64,000 nt of DNA from Methanotrichaceae archaeon (GCA_963813075.1 CAWEXU010000030.1:192001-256000), one strand, 5' to 3'; positions 1-10,653 are shown, numbered from the stretch's first letter. Translations and numbers: made by a program. Notes: a model not told the origin generated them from the sequence alone.

Positions 1-1080
1 TGGCAGGATGTAGAAGACCCAATGGAATACATCAATGAAGGGGAGATTGTGGGCTTCGGGCCATTCTTTATCACCAAAACCGATCTTGGTGCAGGAATAA
101 TCTACTTCCAGAGGAATCCTTATTGGAATGGCACGGCACCCAATTTCGATTCCATAGAGATTCACACCTATTCCAACATGGATGTCCTATCCCTGGCCCT
201 GGAGAAGGGAGAGGTCGATGCTTACTACAAATACGCAGGGACATATCCGTATACCAGCTTGAAAAAGCTCAAAGACACGGGCGACTTCGATTTCGTGGAG
301 AAGGACAACATCGGCCTGATATTCTTGGGAATGAACCTCAAGCGAGAGCCTATGTCCGATATCAGCTTCAGGCAGGCCCTATCTTATGCTTTGAACTACG
401 GCGAGATGCTGAGGCTCGATGCCCTGGGTTACGGACAGGTTCCCAATGCGGGATTCGTGCCTCCCAGCATGGATAACTTCAAGGAGACCAATAAGCTGGA
501 GTATGACCCGTCCCAGGCCAGGGCCATTTTAGAGGATGCAGGCTACAAGGACACCAATGGAAACGGCATCTTGGATGGCAAGGATGGCGAGGATATCAAA
601 TTGACCATTCTCACCAGGACCGACTACCAGAGGATGACTGAGCTTGTAGTTGATTATCTCAGGGACCTGGGAATCGAAAGCGAGATCAAGAACGTGGACT
701 CCAGTACCTGGATCAAGCAGAAAGACGAAGGGGAGTACGATCTGACTGTAACCAGGAGCACTCCCTGGGGAATGCTCATGCATGCCAGCTGGGGAACTGG
801 CTACTTCGACTCCCGCAGGACGGGAGAAGGGGTATTGCATGTGCTGGACGACCAGAAGTTCCAGGGGCTGTGCGATGATATTCTGGCAGCAGCTGACCAA
901 GATCAGCTTGAGTCCCTTGCCCAAGAGCTGCAGGACTACTATGCACAGAACCTTCCCGGCATTCCCCTTTACTGGAACCTGGTGGTTACCCCTTACAACA
1001 AGGAGTTCACCGGCTGGATTTCCGATCCACTCTATGGAATATTCAATGTGGACAACTTCCTATCTGTGAAGAGGGCCTGA
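1..1080 (+). CDS. ABC transporter substrate-binding protein, family 5 (peptide/nickel), 5'-truncated by window edge
   Basis: Frame is open from base 1 (WQDVEDPMEY...). Carries GFGPF, RNPYWNG and FRQALSYALNY motifs and lies upstream of DppBCDF-type genes. Confidence 0.9.
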   Translation, partial: WQDVEDPMEYINEGEIVGFGPFFITKTDLGAGIIYFQRNPYWNGTAPNFDSIEIHTYSNMDVLSLALEKGEVDAYYKYAGTYPYTSLKKLKDTGDFDFVEKDNIGLIFLGMNLKREPMSDISFRQALSYALNYGEMLRLDALGYGQVPNAGFVPPSMDNFKETNKLEYDPSQARAILEDAGYKDTNGNGILDGKDGEDIKLTILTRTDYQRMTELVVDYLRDLGIESEIKNVDSSTWIKQKDEGEYDLTVTRSTPWGMLMHASWGTGYFDSRRTGEGVLHVLDDQKFQGLCDDILAAADQDQLESLAQELQDYYAQNLPGIPLYWNLVVTPYNKEFTGWISDPLYGIFNVDNFLSVKRA

Positions 1081-1944
1081 TGAGCTCTGTGGACGGACCA
1101 GTGGAGGAGCTTTATCAGAGAGACCAGCTACCTGCATGATCTCCGGGCGGAGAAGATCTCCAATGATCAATTCTGGAGGGGATACGGGATCTATGACCAG
1201 GCTCTCAAGCACTCCGGCTATCCGGGGGAGGTCCTGAAAAGGATCTCCTCCTTCATCAGATCTGGCTCCACCCTCCTGGACATCGGAGCGGGCACTGGAG
1301 CCTTTGCCATTCCCCTCTCTCATCTGACCGGTGCAACTGTGGCCCTAGATCCATCGGCATACCAGCTGCAGGTTCTGATCGGCAAGGCCAGAGAGGAGGG
1401 CCTGACAAACATCGCCGTGATCGAGAAGGAATGGAGGGAGGCAAAGCCGGGAGAGATCAGCAAGCTGATCGAAAGGAAGTTCAACTGCAGGAGCGGCGGT
1501 TCCTATCGTCCTGAAATTGATCCGATAGAGAAGAGCATCCGGCCTGAAGTGGACTACGCTCTTGCCGCCTACAGCCTCTTCGACGAGGAGATAGAGGGTT
1601 TTCTGGCCAGGATGATTCATGTCGCCCGAGAGGGCATCTTCATCGTCTTTCGAGCCAGCCACCCGGACTCATTGAGCGAATTCGCCTACGGTCCCAGGCC
1701 CCAGGCAGACTACCTCTGCCTCTACAATATCCTCAAAGATATGGGCCATCAGGTCGATGTGATACTGTTCCCCAGAGACTATCAACTTCCCCTGCAGATG
1801 GTGAATAGACAGTATCGTTTCAGCATTAGGAGTTCGGAGGAGATCGCCGATCACCTGCGTGCGCAAGGGCGGCTGGAGGAGAGGGATGACGGATTGTGGG
1901 CCTCCTTCTCGACCAAAGATGCATTGCTTTATCTGATGAGATAG
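1080..1944 (+). CDS. Class I SAM-dependent methyltransferase (start codon out of frame by 1 bp)
   Basis: Frame of ORF 1339-1944 is open from 1084 and contains LLDIGAGTGAFAIPL (SAM motif I). The ATG at 1080 overlaps the upstream TGA but is in another frame. Confidence 0.8.
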
Positions 1945-1959
1945 AAGGTTTCAGCAAAA

Positions 1960-2904
1960 ATGTCTCTGGCAGGAAAAAAAGCGATCCGGTACATTCTAGC
2001 CCTCTTTTTAATCGCCTCTTTGAACTTCGCCATTCCCAGGTTGCTGCCCGGCGATCCTCTCACCAACCTCCTGGGGGAGGACGTGATATTGACCGACAGC
2101 AGCGCCCAGGAGCTGCGGCTTAAGATGGGCCTGGATCAGCCCATATCTCATCAATATCTGGAATACTGGGGAAGCCTCCTGAGGCTGGAACTGGGCTACT
2201 CCTTTCATCTGCACAGATCGGTATCTGAGCTCATATTCGATCGCATGAAGTGGACGCTGCTATTGGCGGTACCACCCCTGATCATAGGAGCCGTTTTGGG
2301 GACGATTCTGGGTGCTCTTGCCGGCTGGAGAAAGAGCAGCCGCAGCCAGAGGGCCCAGACGACCCTCTTTCTGGCCATCTACTGCACTCCACCCTATCTC
2401 CTCTCCCTTGTCGTCCTCTACATCTTTGCCTTTCAGCTGGGGCTCTTCCCCTTGAAAGGATTCTATTCCACCGGGTCGATCCAGGATATTGCCCATCATC
2501 TCTTTCTGCCCGCCCTGATGATGACCCTGTTCGCTCTATCCAGGAACTATATGATCATGAGAGGAAGTGTCCTGCAGGAGAAAAGCTGCCATTACGCCTC
2601 TTTCGCCCGGGCCAAAGGGCTCTATGATAAAGAGATCCTGTTTCGTCATGTCTTCAGAAATGCCATCCTCCCCATCATCACCCTCCTCGCTTTGGACTTC
2701 GGCTTCATCCTGAGCGGGGCGCTATTCATCGAGATCGTGTTCTCCATGAACGGAATGGGAAGCCTCATCTATGATGCTCTGCTCTCCCGGGACTATCCGG
2801 TCCTGCAGGGATCGTTTCTGATCATCACCATCATGGTGGTTTCTGCCAATCTGCTGGCCGATCTACTCTACAGCCGTCTGGACCCCAGGGTGAGGTGGCA
2901 GTAA
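1960..2904 (+). CDS. Peptide/nickel ABC permease (DppB/NikB-like)
   Basis: LPGDP, LGYSF, ARAKGL..HVFRNA and RDYPVLQG motifs; multiple TM helices. Confidence 0.95.
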   Translation: MSLAGKKAIRYILALFLIASLNFAIPRLLPGDPLTNLLGEDVILTDSSAQELRLKMGLDQPISHQYLEYWGSLLRLELGYSFHLHRSVSELIFDRMKWTLLLAVPPLIIGAVLGTILGALAGWRKSSRSQRAQTTLFLAIYCTPPYLLSLVVLYIFAFQLGLFPLKGFYSTGSIQDIAHHLFLPALMMTLFALSRNYMIMRGSVLQEKSCHYASFARAKGLYDKEILFRHVFRNAILPIITLLALDFGFILSGALFIEIVFSMNGMGSLIYDALLSRDYPVLQGSFLIITIMVVSANLLADLLYSRLDPRVRWQ

Positions 2905-3830
2905 TGCCTGGCCTGAATGCTGATCCAGCCACCTGTGGCCCGATGGCGATCATCAGAGAAGAGGAATGCGAAAAGTGCTGCTCCCGGAAGGCTCCTCCTG
3001 AAAGGCCGTGGAGAGGGCTTGGGGCGGGCAGGGCCAGCAGCCTTGGCTTAGCCCTATTTTTAGCCTTCCTGCTCATGGCTGCCTTCTCTCCTCTATTGGC
3101 CCCCCATGACCCCTGGATGAGGTTTGAGCCTTACCTTGGACCGAGCTTGAATCATCTCCTGGGGACGAACGATATGGGGCATGACATATTTTCAGAGCTG
3201 ATCTATGGCTCTCGGGTCTCTCTTTTTGTGGGATTCGGAGCGGCTTTGATGGCGACGATCATCGGCACGGCGGTGGGGCTGCTCTCCGGCTACTTCAAAG
3301 GCACATTGGACGAGATTCTGATGGGAGTTGTCGACATATTTCTCATGATCCCTCAAATCCCTCTGATCATCGTCCTGGCCGCGTACCTCCGTCCCAGCTT
3401 CTGGCTGGTGGCTCTCCTCATGGGGGCTTTATGGTGGACCTCTACAGCGAGAGTTGTGCGCTCAAAGGCCCTGCAGATCAGGGAAATGGGCTATGTGCAG
3501 GCCAAGAGATCCCTGGGCTTCTCCCACTTGAATATCATCCTATCGGATTTGCTTCCCAACATCTCCCATGTGGTGATGCCCAAGTTCATGCTCTCCATAG
3601 CCTCGGCCATGATTGCCGAAGCCTCCATATCCTTCCTGGGCCTGGGAGATTCCTCCATGAAAAGTTGGGGTATGATGATCAACTTCGCCTTCAGCCGGGG
3701 AGGATTCATAAACGGCTACTGGTGGTGGTACCTGTTTCCCGGTCTGTGCATAACTCTATTTGTGCTATCTGTGGTCCTAGTGGGCTTTGTCCTGGAAGAG
3801 AATGATGAAGCGACTCTGAGGCTGGAATGA
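2904..3830 (+). CDS. Peptide/nickel ABC permease (DppC/NikC-like)
   Basis: HLLGTNDMGHDIFSELIYGSRVSL, EASISFLGLG and SWGMMI motifs. Confidence 0.95.
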   Translation: MPGLNADPATCGPMAIIREEECEKCCSRKAPPERPWRGLGAGRASSLGLALFLAFLLMAAFSPLLAPHDPWMRFEPYLGPSLNHLLGTNDMGHDIFSELIYGSRVSLFVGFGAALMATIIGTAVGLLSGYFKGTLDEILMGVVDIFLMIPQIPLIIVLAAYLRPSFWLVALLMGALWWTSTARVVRSKALQIREMGYVQAKRSLGFSHLNIILSDLLPNISHVVMPKFMLSIASAMIAEASISFLGLGDSSMKSWGMMINFAFSRGGFINGYWWWYLFPGLCITLFVLSVVLVGFVLEENDEATLRLE

Positions 3831-4807
3831 TCGTATCTCATCCCTCTCCGCATAACCGAGATCCGCTCCTTAAGGTCGATGGACTATCAGTCAGCTTCAA
3901 GACCGCCATGGGCCAGGTCCAAGCAGCGCAGGATGTATGCTTCGAGCTGCAAGAGGGAGAGACACTGGCTATGGTGGGGGAGACGGGCTGCGGCAAATCG
4001 GTGGTTGCAAGCGCCATAATGCAGCTTCTTCCCGGCAATGCCTCTGTAGAGGGCCGGGCCATCTTCCGGGGAAGGGACCTTCTCCTTTTCAGCGAGAGGG
4101 AGATGGCCCGCATCAGGGGCAGGGAGATCGCCATGGTGTTTCAAAATCCTTCTTTGGCTCTAAATCCCATCATCCCGGTGGCCGAGCAGATAGCAGAGCC
4201 GCTGGAAATCCATGAGAGCCACCCAAGAGATCGATCTGTTCGCATGGCTGTGAATATGCTCCGCAGACTGGGCCTGGGAGCAAGAGGGATTGGCAGGATG
4301 TATCCATTTCAGCTATCAGGGGGCATGAATCAGAGGGTGATGATCGCCACATCCATGATGCTCTCCCCAAAGATAATAATTGCAGACGAGCCCAGCAAAG
4401 GACTGGACGCTTCCCTGGCCACAGAGGTCATGGGCGAGCTGGCCAGGGTCAAAGATGAGATAGGAGCCTCTCTTTTGCTCATCACCCACGACCTCATGCT
4501 GGCAAGGGATATCTCTGACCGGATGGCGGTGATGTACTGCGGGGAAATTGTGGAGACTGGCCGCTGCCGGGAGATCTTCAAGAGACCCCTTCATCCTTAT
4601 ACGAAGGCTCTCTTTAACTGTCTTCCGGAGAAGGGCTTTCAGCCCATACCGGGAAGCTCGCCCTCCATGATCGAGCCGCCCAAAGGCTGCAGGTTCCATC
4701 CTCGCTGTTCGAGAGAAGAGGAGAGGTGCAGAGGACGGCCAAAGATGATTCAAATGAATGGGAGAGAGGATGAGCTGGCCAGGGAGGTGAGATGCTGGCA
4801 ATACTGA
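3827..4807 (+). CDS. Peptide/nickel ABC ATP-binding protein (DppD-like)
   Basis: Walker A GETGCGKS, LSGGMNQR, ADEP, HPYT and the C-terminal GCRFHPRC motif. Confidence 0.95.
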   Translation: MIVSHPSPHNRDPLLKVDGLSVSFKTAMGQVQAAQDVCFELQEGETLAMVGETGCGKSVVASAIMQLLPGNASVEGRAIFRGRDLLLFSEREMARIRGREIAMVFQNPSLALNPIIPVAEQIAEPLEIHESHPRDRSVRMAVNMLRRLGLGARGIGRMYPFQLSGGMNQRVMIATSMMLSPKIIIADEPSKGLDASLATEVMGELARVKDEIGASLLLITHDLMLARDISDRMAVMYCGEIVETGRCREIFKRPLHPYTKALFNCLPEKGFQPIPGSSPSMIEPPKGCRFHPRCSREEERCRGRPKMIQMNGREDELAREVRCWQY

Positions 4808-5481
4808 AGGCTGTGAATGTCAGCAAGAGCTATGAATCCGGACTGATCTTTAAAAAGCAGCATCAAATCATCCAGAACATATCCCTGGAGATGGAGGAGG
4901 GCAGGACCCTGGGATTGATGGGAGCCTCCGGCAGCGGCAAGACCACTCTGGGTACCATCCTGGCCGGCCTGGAGAGGCCATCTTCCGGTTGCGTCCTCTT
5001 TCAGGAGGAGGATATCCGCAGTCTGCGGGGAAGGGAGTATCTCGCCTATAGGAGGGGAGTGCAGATGGTCTTTCAGGATCCAGAGGGATCACTTAACCCC
5101 AGGAAGAGCATCGGGCGCTCGATATTTGAGGTCTTTTCCCTGCTCAAGATCCCAAAAAGAGAATGGCTGAAAAAAGCCTGCGAGATCCTGGAGAGGGTGG
5201 ACTTGTCCAATGAGCTCCTCTGCCGCTATCCGGCCCAGATCTCAGGAGGGCAGTGCCAGAGGGTAGCCCTGGGCCGGGTGCTGCTCCTGGAGCCCAAAGT
5301 CATCATCCTGGACGAGCCAACATCAGCTCTTGACATATCGGTCCAAGCCCAGATTCTGAATCTCCTCCGGGACCTGCAGATGGATTTAGGGCTGACATAT
5401 CTTCTCATCTCCCATAGGCCTGAGGTGATCCGTTTCATGGCCCATGAGACTGTGATACTGGAGAGCGGTGCTATCCTATGA
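4792..5481 (+). CDS. Peptide/nickel ABC ATP-binding protein (DppF-like)
   Basis: GASGSGKT, ISGGQCQR and ILDEPTSALD motifs. Confidence 0.95.
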   Translation: MLAILKAVNVSKSYESGLIFKKQHQIIQNISLEMEEGRTLGLMGASGSGKTTLGTILAGLERPSSGCVLFQEEDIRSLRGREYLAYRRGVQMVFQDPEGSLNPRKSIGRSIFEVFSLLKIPKREWLKKACEILERVDLSNELLCRYPAQISGGQCQRVALGRVLLLEPKVIILDEPTSALDISVQAQILNLLRDLQMDLGLTYLLISHRPEVIRFMAHETVILESGAIL

Positions 5482-5913
5482 ATAGGGATGGGTCAAAATC
5501 CCGGGCCGCTGGCAGAAAAAAAAGGAGAGCAGAGTTCGATACCCATTGAGCGTTTAAAAGGCATGCATAAGATCATGGACGTAGATCAATACTCGATATG
5601 ATGCATGCCAGACTCGCAAAGATGGAGTGTTGGTATCGACTCGGCATTAATACTAAGGTATAATACTATAAATGGTTTTCGTAATACAAAATTTTAAAAT
5701 ATTAAGTTAATGCTTCCAGGAGATAGACCCGGGGAATCTGCAAATGAAGATGAACTCCCAGATATCGACCAGACACAATTCGCCATGAAGTTCAGCATAA
5801 AGCCGGGCGAGCCGCAGCCGGATGTCGTGAAGCAATACTAACATAATTAACACATATTATTACTAATCAAAAAGTATTTAACAACAGAAGACTGATAAGG
5901 AGTGGTGAATTCC

Positions 5914-6717
5914 ATGAAGAAGGCTTTGTTTGTGTTACTGCTCCTGATTGGGGCGGCAACCATGAATGCAAGTGGCCACAATGTGTGGCTGGAATCGCGG
6001 GATCAGGCAAATGTGGGAGATAACCAGACTCTGTATGCTCTCTATGGCCATCTCGATGATGTAATTGGCATAACCGCTCCAGCTATTGAATCAGCCTTTT
6101 TGCTGGCCCCGAATGGTCAGAAGACAGACCTGACAGACCTGGAGACAAATACTGGCGACTGGCTTCCAGGATACGGCTGGATAGGTTATGCCTGTAGCAA
6201 CGTGACCTATTCCCTGCCTGGCGACTACCTCTTCGCTGTCGCTCGAACCCCCTCCGTCTATGATCCCGCCTGGCATGGCAGCGGGCCCAGCACCCCCAGG
6301 CTGGGCTATAGCGTGGCCAAAATGGTGATCAATGTGGGAAACGAGAGCAATAAAACCAGCTGGGATACAGGAACCGCATTTGACATCAATCCCGATAAAG
6401 CGCCCTATGCGATACATGCAAAAGAGAATGTGACCTTCCTGGCCAAATACAACGGCCAGCCTGTGAATGCCACCTACTCTGCCTTCCCCAATAGCGCCAT
6501 GACCCTCACTCAAACCGGGTCCACCGGAAGTGACGGCTCATTCAGGGTCAACTTCAGCCAGGGTGGATTGTGGCAGGTCAGCGCCAGCTATGATATCAAC
6601 GAGCCGGCAACCTGGACCGCAACAATGGAGAGCGCAGGCCACTACAAGGTCGGTGACGTGGTACCCTACAATACAACCAGATACAGCACATACATGATGG
6701 TATATGTGAGGAAGTGA
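5914..6717 (+). CDS. Secreted DUF4198-family protein (Ni/Co ECF-associated)
   Basis: Signal peptide, mature N-terminus G-HNVWLE, YGH motif, YNGQPV and TGSDG..F..SQGGLW; upstream of nikM. Confidence 0.7.
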   Translation: MKKALFVLLLLIGAATMNASGHNVWLESRDQANVGDNQTLYALYGHLDDVIGITAPAIESAFLLAPNGQKTDLTDLETNTGDWLPGYGWIGYACSNVTYSLPGDYLFAVARTPSVYDPAWHGSGPSTPRLGYSVAKMVINVGNESNKTSWDTGTAFDINPDKAPYAIHAKENVTFLAKYNGQPVNATYSAFPNSAMTLTQTGSTGSDGSFRVNFSQGGLWQVSASYDINEPATWTATMESAGHYKVGDVVPYNTTRYSTYMMVYVRK

Positions 6718-6815
6718 GGCCCCCACCATTTTCCCCTTTTTTTTCTCAAGAATATGATTTAATTCTAATATGGAAAGGTTTTTTAATACTGAAGGACATC
6801 TCGGTATATGATATT

Positions 6816-7600
6816 ATGAGGACGATTGCTTTGTTGATACTGTTGGGATTGATGATATCCTCTGCAACAGCTCATTCTCTCTATGCCGAGTTTCCCCAGG
6901 ACCTGGGGGCCGACTCCGAAACCGAATTCTGGATCGCTTATGGCCATGGAGGATCTGCCGATTCCCAGATAGAATCATTGCCCCTGGCCCGGCTGATCTC
7001 TCCAGATGGCAGCGAGAGCGAGCTATCTTTAGAGCCCTATCAGGACGGGCTGAAGGGATCTGTGGCCTTCGATGAGCCGGGCTGCTACATCATGGACCTG
7101 CAGATGGAGACGACCTTCTTCGATCCCTCCTGGTTTGGAGCAGCGGGCAAGAAGAGCCTGGTGGAGAAGTACGGCCGGGTGCTCATGCCCTTCCAGTCCG
7201 GCGAGGGTTATGACTGGTCCAGCGGAAAAGGCCTGGAGATTGTGCCCGAAACCGATCCCTATCAGCTCGAATCCGGTGAGGACTTCAAGGCCCGTGCCCT
7301 CTAGAACGGCAAGTCCGTGCCCGGCAGCTACAGCGCAGTCATCACCCGATCTCCTCAGGACGTCCTGGTGGTCCAGCATGCCCAGGAGAGTGAGATCTCC
7401 GGGGAAAGCGAGGACGGCGTCATCCGCTTTGCCACCGGAAGAGCAGGATTATGGGTGCTGACATTTGAGGCCACCATTGTGAGAGCGGAACCTGGACTGC
7501 AGTTGAGGATGATCCTTCCGGGAACTACAACAAAGGCGACCAGCTCGAGTACGATGAGGTCGCTCCCACCGCTTACCTCACCATCTGGGTAAAGGACTGA
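6816..7600 (+). CDS. Second DUF4198-family protein, interrupted by an in-frame TAG (7302-7304) and a frameshift near 7480
   Basis: MRTIALL..ATA-HSLYAE, YGHG and GLEIVP motifs. The frame continues past TAG (ARAL*NGKSVPGSY). The shifted C-terminus GTWTA..GNYNKGD..TAYLTIWVKD matches paralog 5914-6717. Confidence 0.7.
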
Positions 7601-7608
7601 GGCGATAA

Positions 7609-8239
7609 ATGGTCCATATCTCCGATGGCGTCCTGCCCCCGACCATGCTGGCGGCAGGATTCCTCTTCACTACTTATCCTGCTCGTTCTCTCTTTGAAGA
7701 GCATACAGATAGAGGAGATTCCCAAGATCTCATTGATCACAGCCGCGCTGTTCGTGGCCAGCCTGGTCCACTTCCCTGTGGGCCCCACATCAGTTCACCT
7801 GATAATGAACGGTCTCGCTGGCATACTGCTGGGACGAAGGGCCTTTATCGGTGTCTTTGTAGCCCTGACACTGCAGGCGGTCTTCTTTCAGCATGGAGGC
7901 CTAACCGTGATGGGGGTCAATGCCTTCAACATCGGCGTGCCCGCCTTGCTCGCCTGGCAGCTATTTGAGAAGAGAAGAGGCCTGGAGTCCCCCCGCCTGG
8001 AGGCGGTCTTCGGTGCTCTTGCCGGGGGACTGGCCGTCCTGGCGTCGGTGCTAATGGTCTCCCTGGAACTGCTGACTCTGGGTGAGGCATTCAATGAGAT
8101 ATCGCTCCTGGTGATAGGCGCTCACTTGCCGGTGATACTCATAGAAACAGCAGTGGTGGGAGGAGCAGCAGGATTTCTCTTAAAAGTCAAGCCAGAGATG
8201 CTGGCGGATAGCAATAGAGGGACTATGGAGGTAAATTGA
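7609..8239 (+). CDS. cbiM: ECF Ni/Co transporter S-component NikM/CbiM (frameshift near 7660)
   Basis: N-terminus MVHISDGVL, then TSVHLIMNGLAGILLG and FFQHGGLTVMGVN in the second frame. Confidence 0.9.
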
Positions 8240-8240
8240 G

Positions 8241-8561
8241 ATGAGGTGGATACCAGCTTTGATTATTGCCGCCCTGCTCCTGGCGGGAGCGGCCAGTGCT
8301 CACAGGATGTTTGTAGGCCAGCAGATAACCGTGGACCTGTTCGTCTTCTATGACGATGGCAGCCCGGCAGCCAATGCCGAGGTGAGGCTCTATCAGGAGG
8401 GAGAGCTTTATGCCGAGAACGTCACCGATGCCACAGGAAGGTTTACCGTCACCCTTCCGGGAAAAGGAACGGGAAACTGGAGCTATGAGGTCCAGGGAGG
8501 AGGACATACCGAGAAGGGCTTCATAAGTATCAACAATACTCTCTCAGGAAAAAGCAGGTGA
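8241..8561 (+). CDS. Small secreted NikL/CbiL-like accessory protein
   Basis: Signal peptide, mature A-HRM, YDDGSPA, TDATGRF and GGH; lies between nikM and nikQ. Confidence 0.6.
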   Translation: MRWIPALIIAALLLAGAASAHRMFVGQQITVDLFVFYDDGSPAANAEVRLYQEGELYAENVTDATGRFTVTLPGKGTGNWSYEVQGGGHTEKGFISINNTLSGKSR

Positions 8562-8565
8562 TGAG

Positions 8566-8973
8566 ATGAAGGCCCTATTGGCCCTGGTTTTCCTTCTCCT
8601 CCTGACTGTTCATCCTACCTGCGGCCACAGGATGATGATGGGCTATCAGGTAAATGAGATTCAGGTGACCGCTCTTTATGACGATGGAACCCCGGCTCAA
8701 GGAGTGGAGATCGAGGTTCAGAGCGAGGGCGAGACCATAGAAAAAGGGGTGACGAACGATAAGGGCACCTATGTCGTCCGGCCTGACGAGGGAACGGGAG
8801 ATCTCACATTTGTGAGCTACTCGACCGGACACAGGGCAGAGCTCGACCTGGACCTGGTGCAGAAGGAGGCACAAGAGCAGGTCTCAAGGCCCCTCCGAGT
8901 GGCAGCAGGCCTTGGCTATCTGCTGGGAGCTGCAGGGTTGGCCATGATCTTCATAACCAGAAAGAAAAGATAA
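8566..8973 (+). CDS. NikL/CbiL-like accessory protein with C-terminal TM helix
   Basis: Paralog of the previous ORF (HRM, YDDGTPA, TNDKG, GH) plus a C-terminal AGLGYLLGAAGL TM and basic tail. Confidence 0.65.
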   Translation: MKALLALVFLLLLTVHPTCGHRMMMGYQVNEIQVTALYDDGTPAQGVEIEVQSEGETIEKGVTNDKGTYVVRPDEGTGDLTFVSYSTGHRAELDLDLVQKEAQEQVSRPLRVAAGLGYLLGAAGLAMIFITRKKR

Positions 8974-9034
8974 AAAGCCGGGGGAAGATAAGAGCGCATG
9001 GTGAGTCAAGAGCGGACAGTGAGCAGAGGCGAGC

Positions 9035-9785
9035 ATGAGCAACTTTAACCCAGAGAGGTACTCAGACCTTAATTCGCCTTTACACCGCTGGGAGACGCGG
9101 ATCAAGCTCATCTCCCTCTTTGTGCTGATCGTCTCCATTGTCATCGCGGAAGAGGTCAGCCAGGCTCTGGCAGGGCTAATAGTAGCAATTCTACTGGTCC
9201 TGATATCAAGGCTTCCATTCCACCACGTCCTGAGATTCATGAAGTGGCCCTTCATATTTCTTCTGCCCTTGCTGGTCATCCTTCCCTTTACCGTCGAAGG
9301 GGCAGACTCTGTTCAGCTACCACTCTATTACATTCAGCCGCCAGGGTCTGCATCTCGGACTGCTGTTTATGATCAGGGGAATTGCCGCCGCCCTCCTGGC
9401 CCTGATTATGGCGGGAACAGCTCCATTCAATGTGAACATCAATGCCTTAAAGAGCCTTGGCATGCCCGGTCCTCTCACCCAGATCTTCCTATTCGCCTAT
9501 CGCTATATCTTCCTCTTGAATGAAGATCTGCAGACCATGAGAAGGTCTCTTGCCTCCAAGGGATTCGAGACGAGGTCATCTACCAGATCGGCCCGCATAA
9601 TGGCGATGGCTGTGGCAATGCTTCTCATCAGGAGCTATGAGCGATCGGAGTATGTCTTCAATGCCATGCTCTCTCGTGGCTACCAGGGAAGATTGCCCTC
9701 CGGCCGGAAGATGATGATCAAAGGCATCGATCTGCTCAAGGGATTTTCGGTTGTGGCAGCGGCTCTGTTAATTCAGTTTGTCTAA
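9035..9785 (+). CDS. cbiQ: ECF T-component NikQ/CbiQ (frameshift near 9325)
   Basis: SPLHRWETRIKLI; second frame has AYRYIFLL, RSYERSE and AMLSRGY. Confidence 0.9.
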
Positions 9786-9819
9786 GGATATTCATTTGAT
9801 CGCGAGATTGGCAGGTAGT

Positions 9820-10653
9820 ATGATGAATCTGGAAAAAGCCATAGAGGTTGAGGATCTCAGCTACAGCTACTCTGATGGAACGCGTGCCCTGGATGGGGTC
9901 AGCTTCTCCCTGGCAGAAGGAGAGTCCCTGGCTCTGCTAGGGCCCAATGGAGCGGGCAAGTCCACACTGCTGCTTCACTTGAATGGACTGTTAAGAGGGC
10001 AGGGAAAGGTCAGGATTCGGAACAAAGAGATCAGCGATGAGAGCCTGAGATGGGTCCGAAGCCAGGTGGGAATGGTCTTTCAGGATCCGGATGATCAGCT
10101 CTTCATGCCCAGTCTGGATGAGGATGTGGCCTTCGGTCCGGCGAATATGGACCTGTCCCAAGAGGAGGTGGATGAGAGGGTGCAATGGGCACTGCAATGC
10201 GTTGGCCTCTCCGACCTGGAGGCAAAGGTGCCTCACCACCTGAGCTTCGGCCAGAGGAAGAGAGCCGCTTTTGCCACCGTCCTCTCCATGAGGCCTCAGG
10301 TGTTGGTCCTGGATGAGCCCACCTCGAACCTGGATCCCCGCTCCAGGATGGAGATGGTCTCCCTCATCCGAGAGCAGCAGAGAAAGGGAACGGCCATCAT
10401 CACCGCCACCCATGATGTGAACCTGGTGGCTCTGCTGGCGGACAGGGTTCTTCTTCTCAATAAGAGCATCGTGGCCGAGGGTAGTGTTCATCAGATCATG
10501 AGCAGGAGGGATTTGATGGATGATCTGGACCTGGAGGTGCCCATCCTTGCCGATCTATTCAAGACTCTGCAGGAGGAGGGACTGTATTCTGGGGCCATTC
10601 CCTTCAAGAAGGATGAGGCCATTGGGGCGATAAGAGAGATGCTCCGGATCTAG
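9820..10653 (+). CDS. cbiO: ECF ATPase NikO/CbiO
   Basis: GPNGAGKST, FQDPDDQLF, HHLSFGQRKR and LDEPT motifs. Confidence 0.95.
   Translation: MMNLEKAIEVEDLSYSYSDGTRALDGVSFSLAEGESLALLGPNGAGKSTLLLHLNGLLRGQGKVRIRNKEISDESLRWVRSQVGMVFQDPDDQLFMPSLDEDVAFGPANMDLSQEEVDERVQWALQCVGLSDLEAKVPHHLSFGQRKRAAFATVLSMRPQVLVLDEPTSNLDPRSRMEMVSLIREQQRKGTAIITATHDVNLVALLADRVLLLNKSIVAEGSVHQIMSRRDLMDDLDLEVPILADLFKTLQEEGLYSGAIPFKKDEAIGAIREMLRI

Noticed and set aside
5710..5841. 43-codon ORF MLPGDRPG...KPGEPQPDVVKQY
   Set aside because: No SD or recognisable family; may be a gene remnant but cannot be supported.
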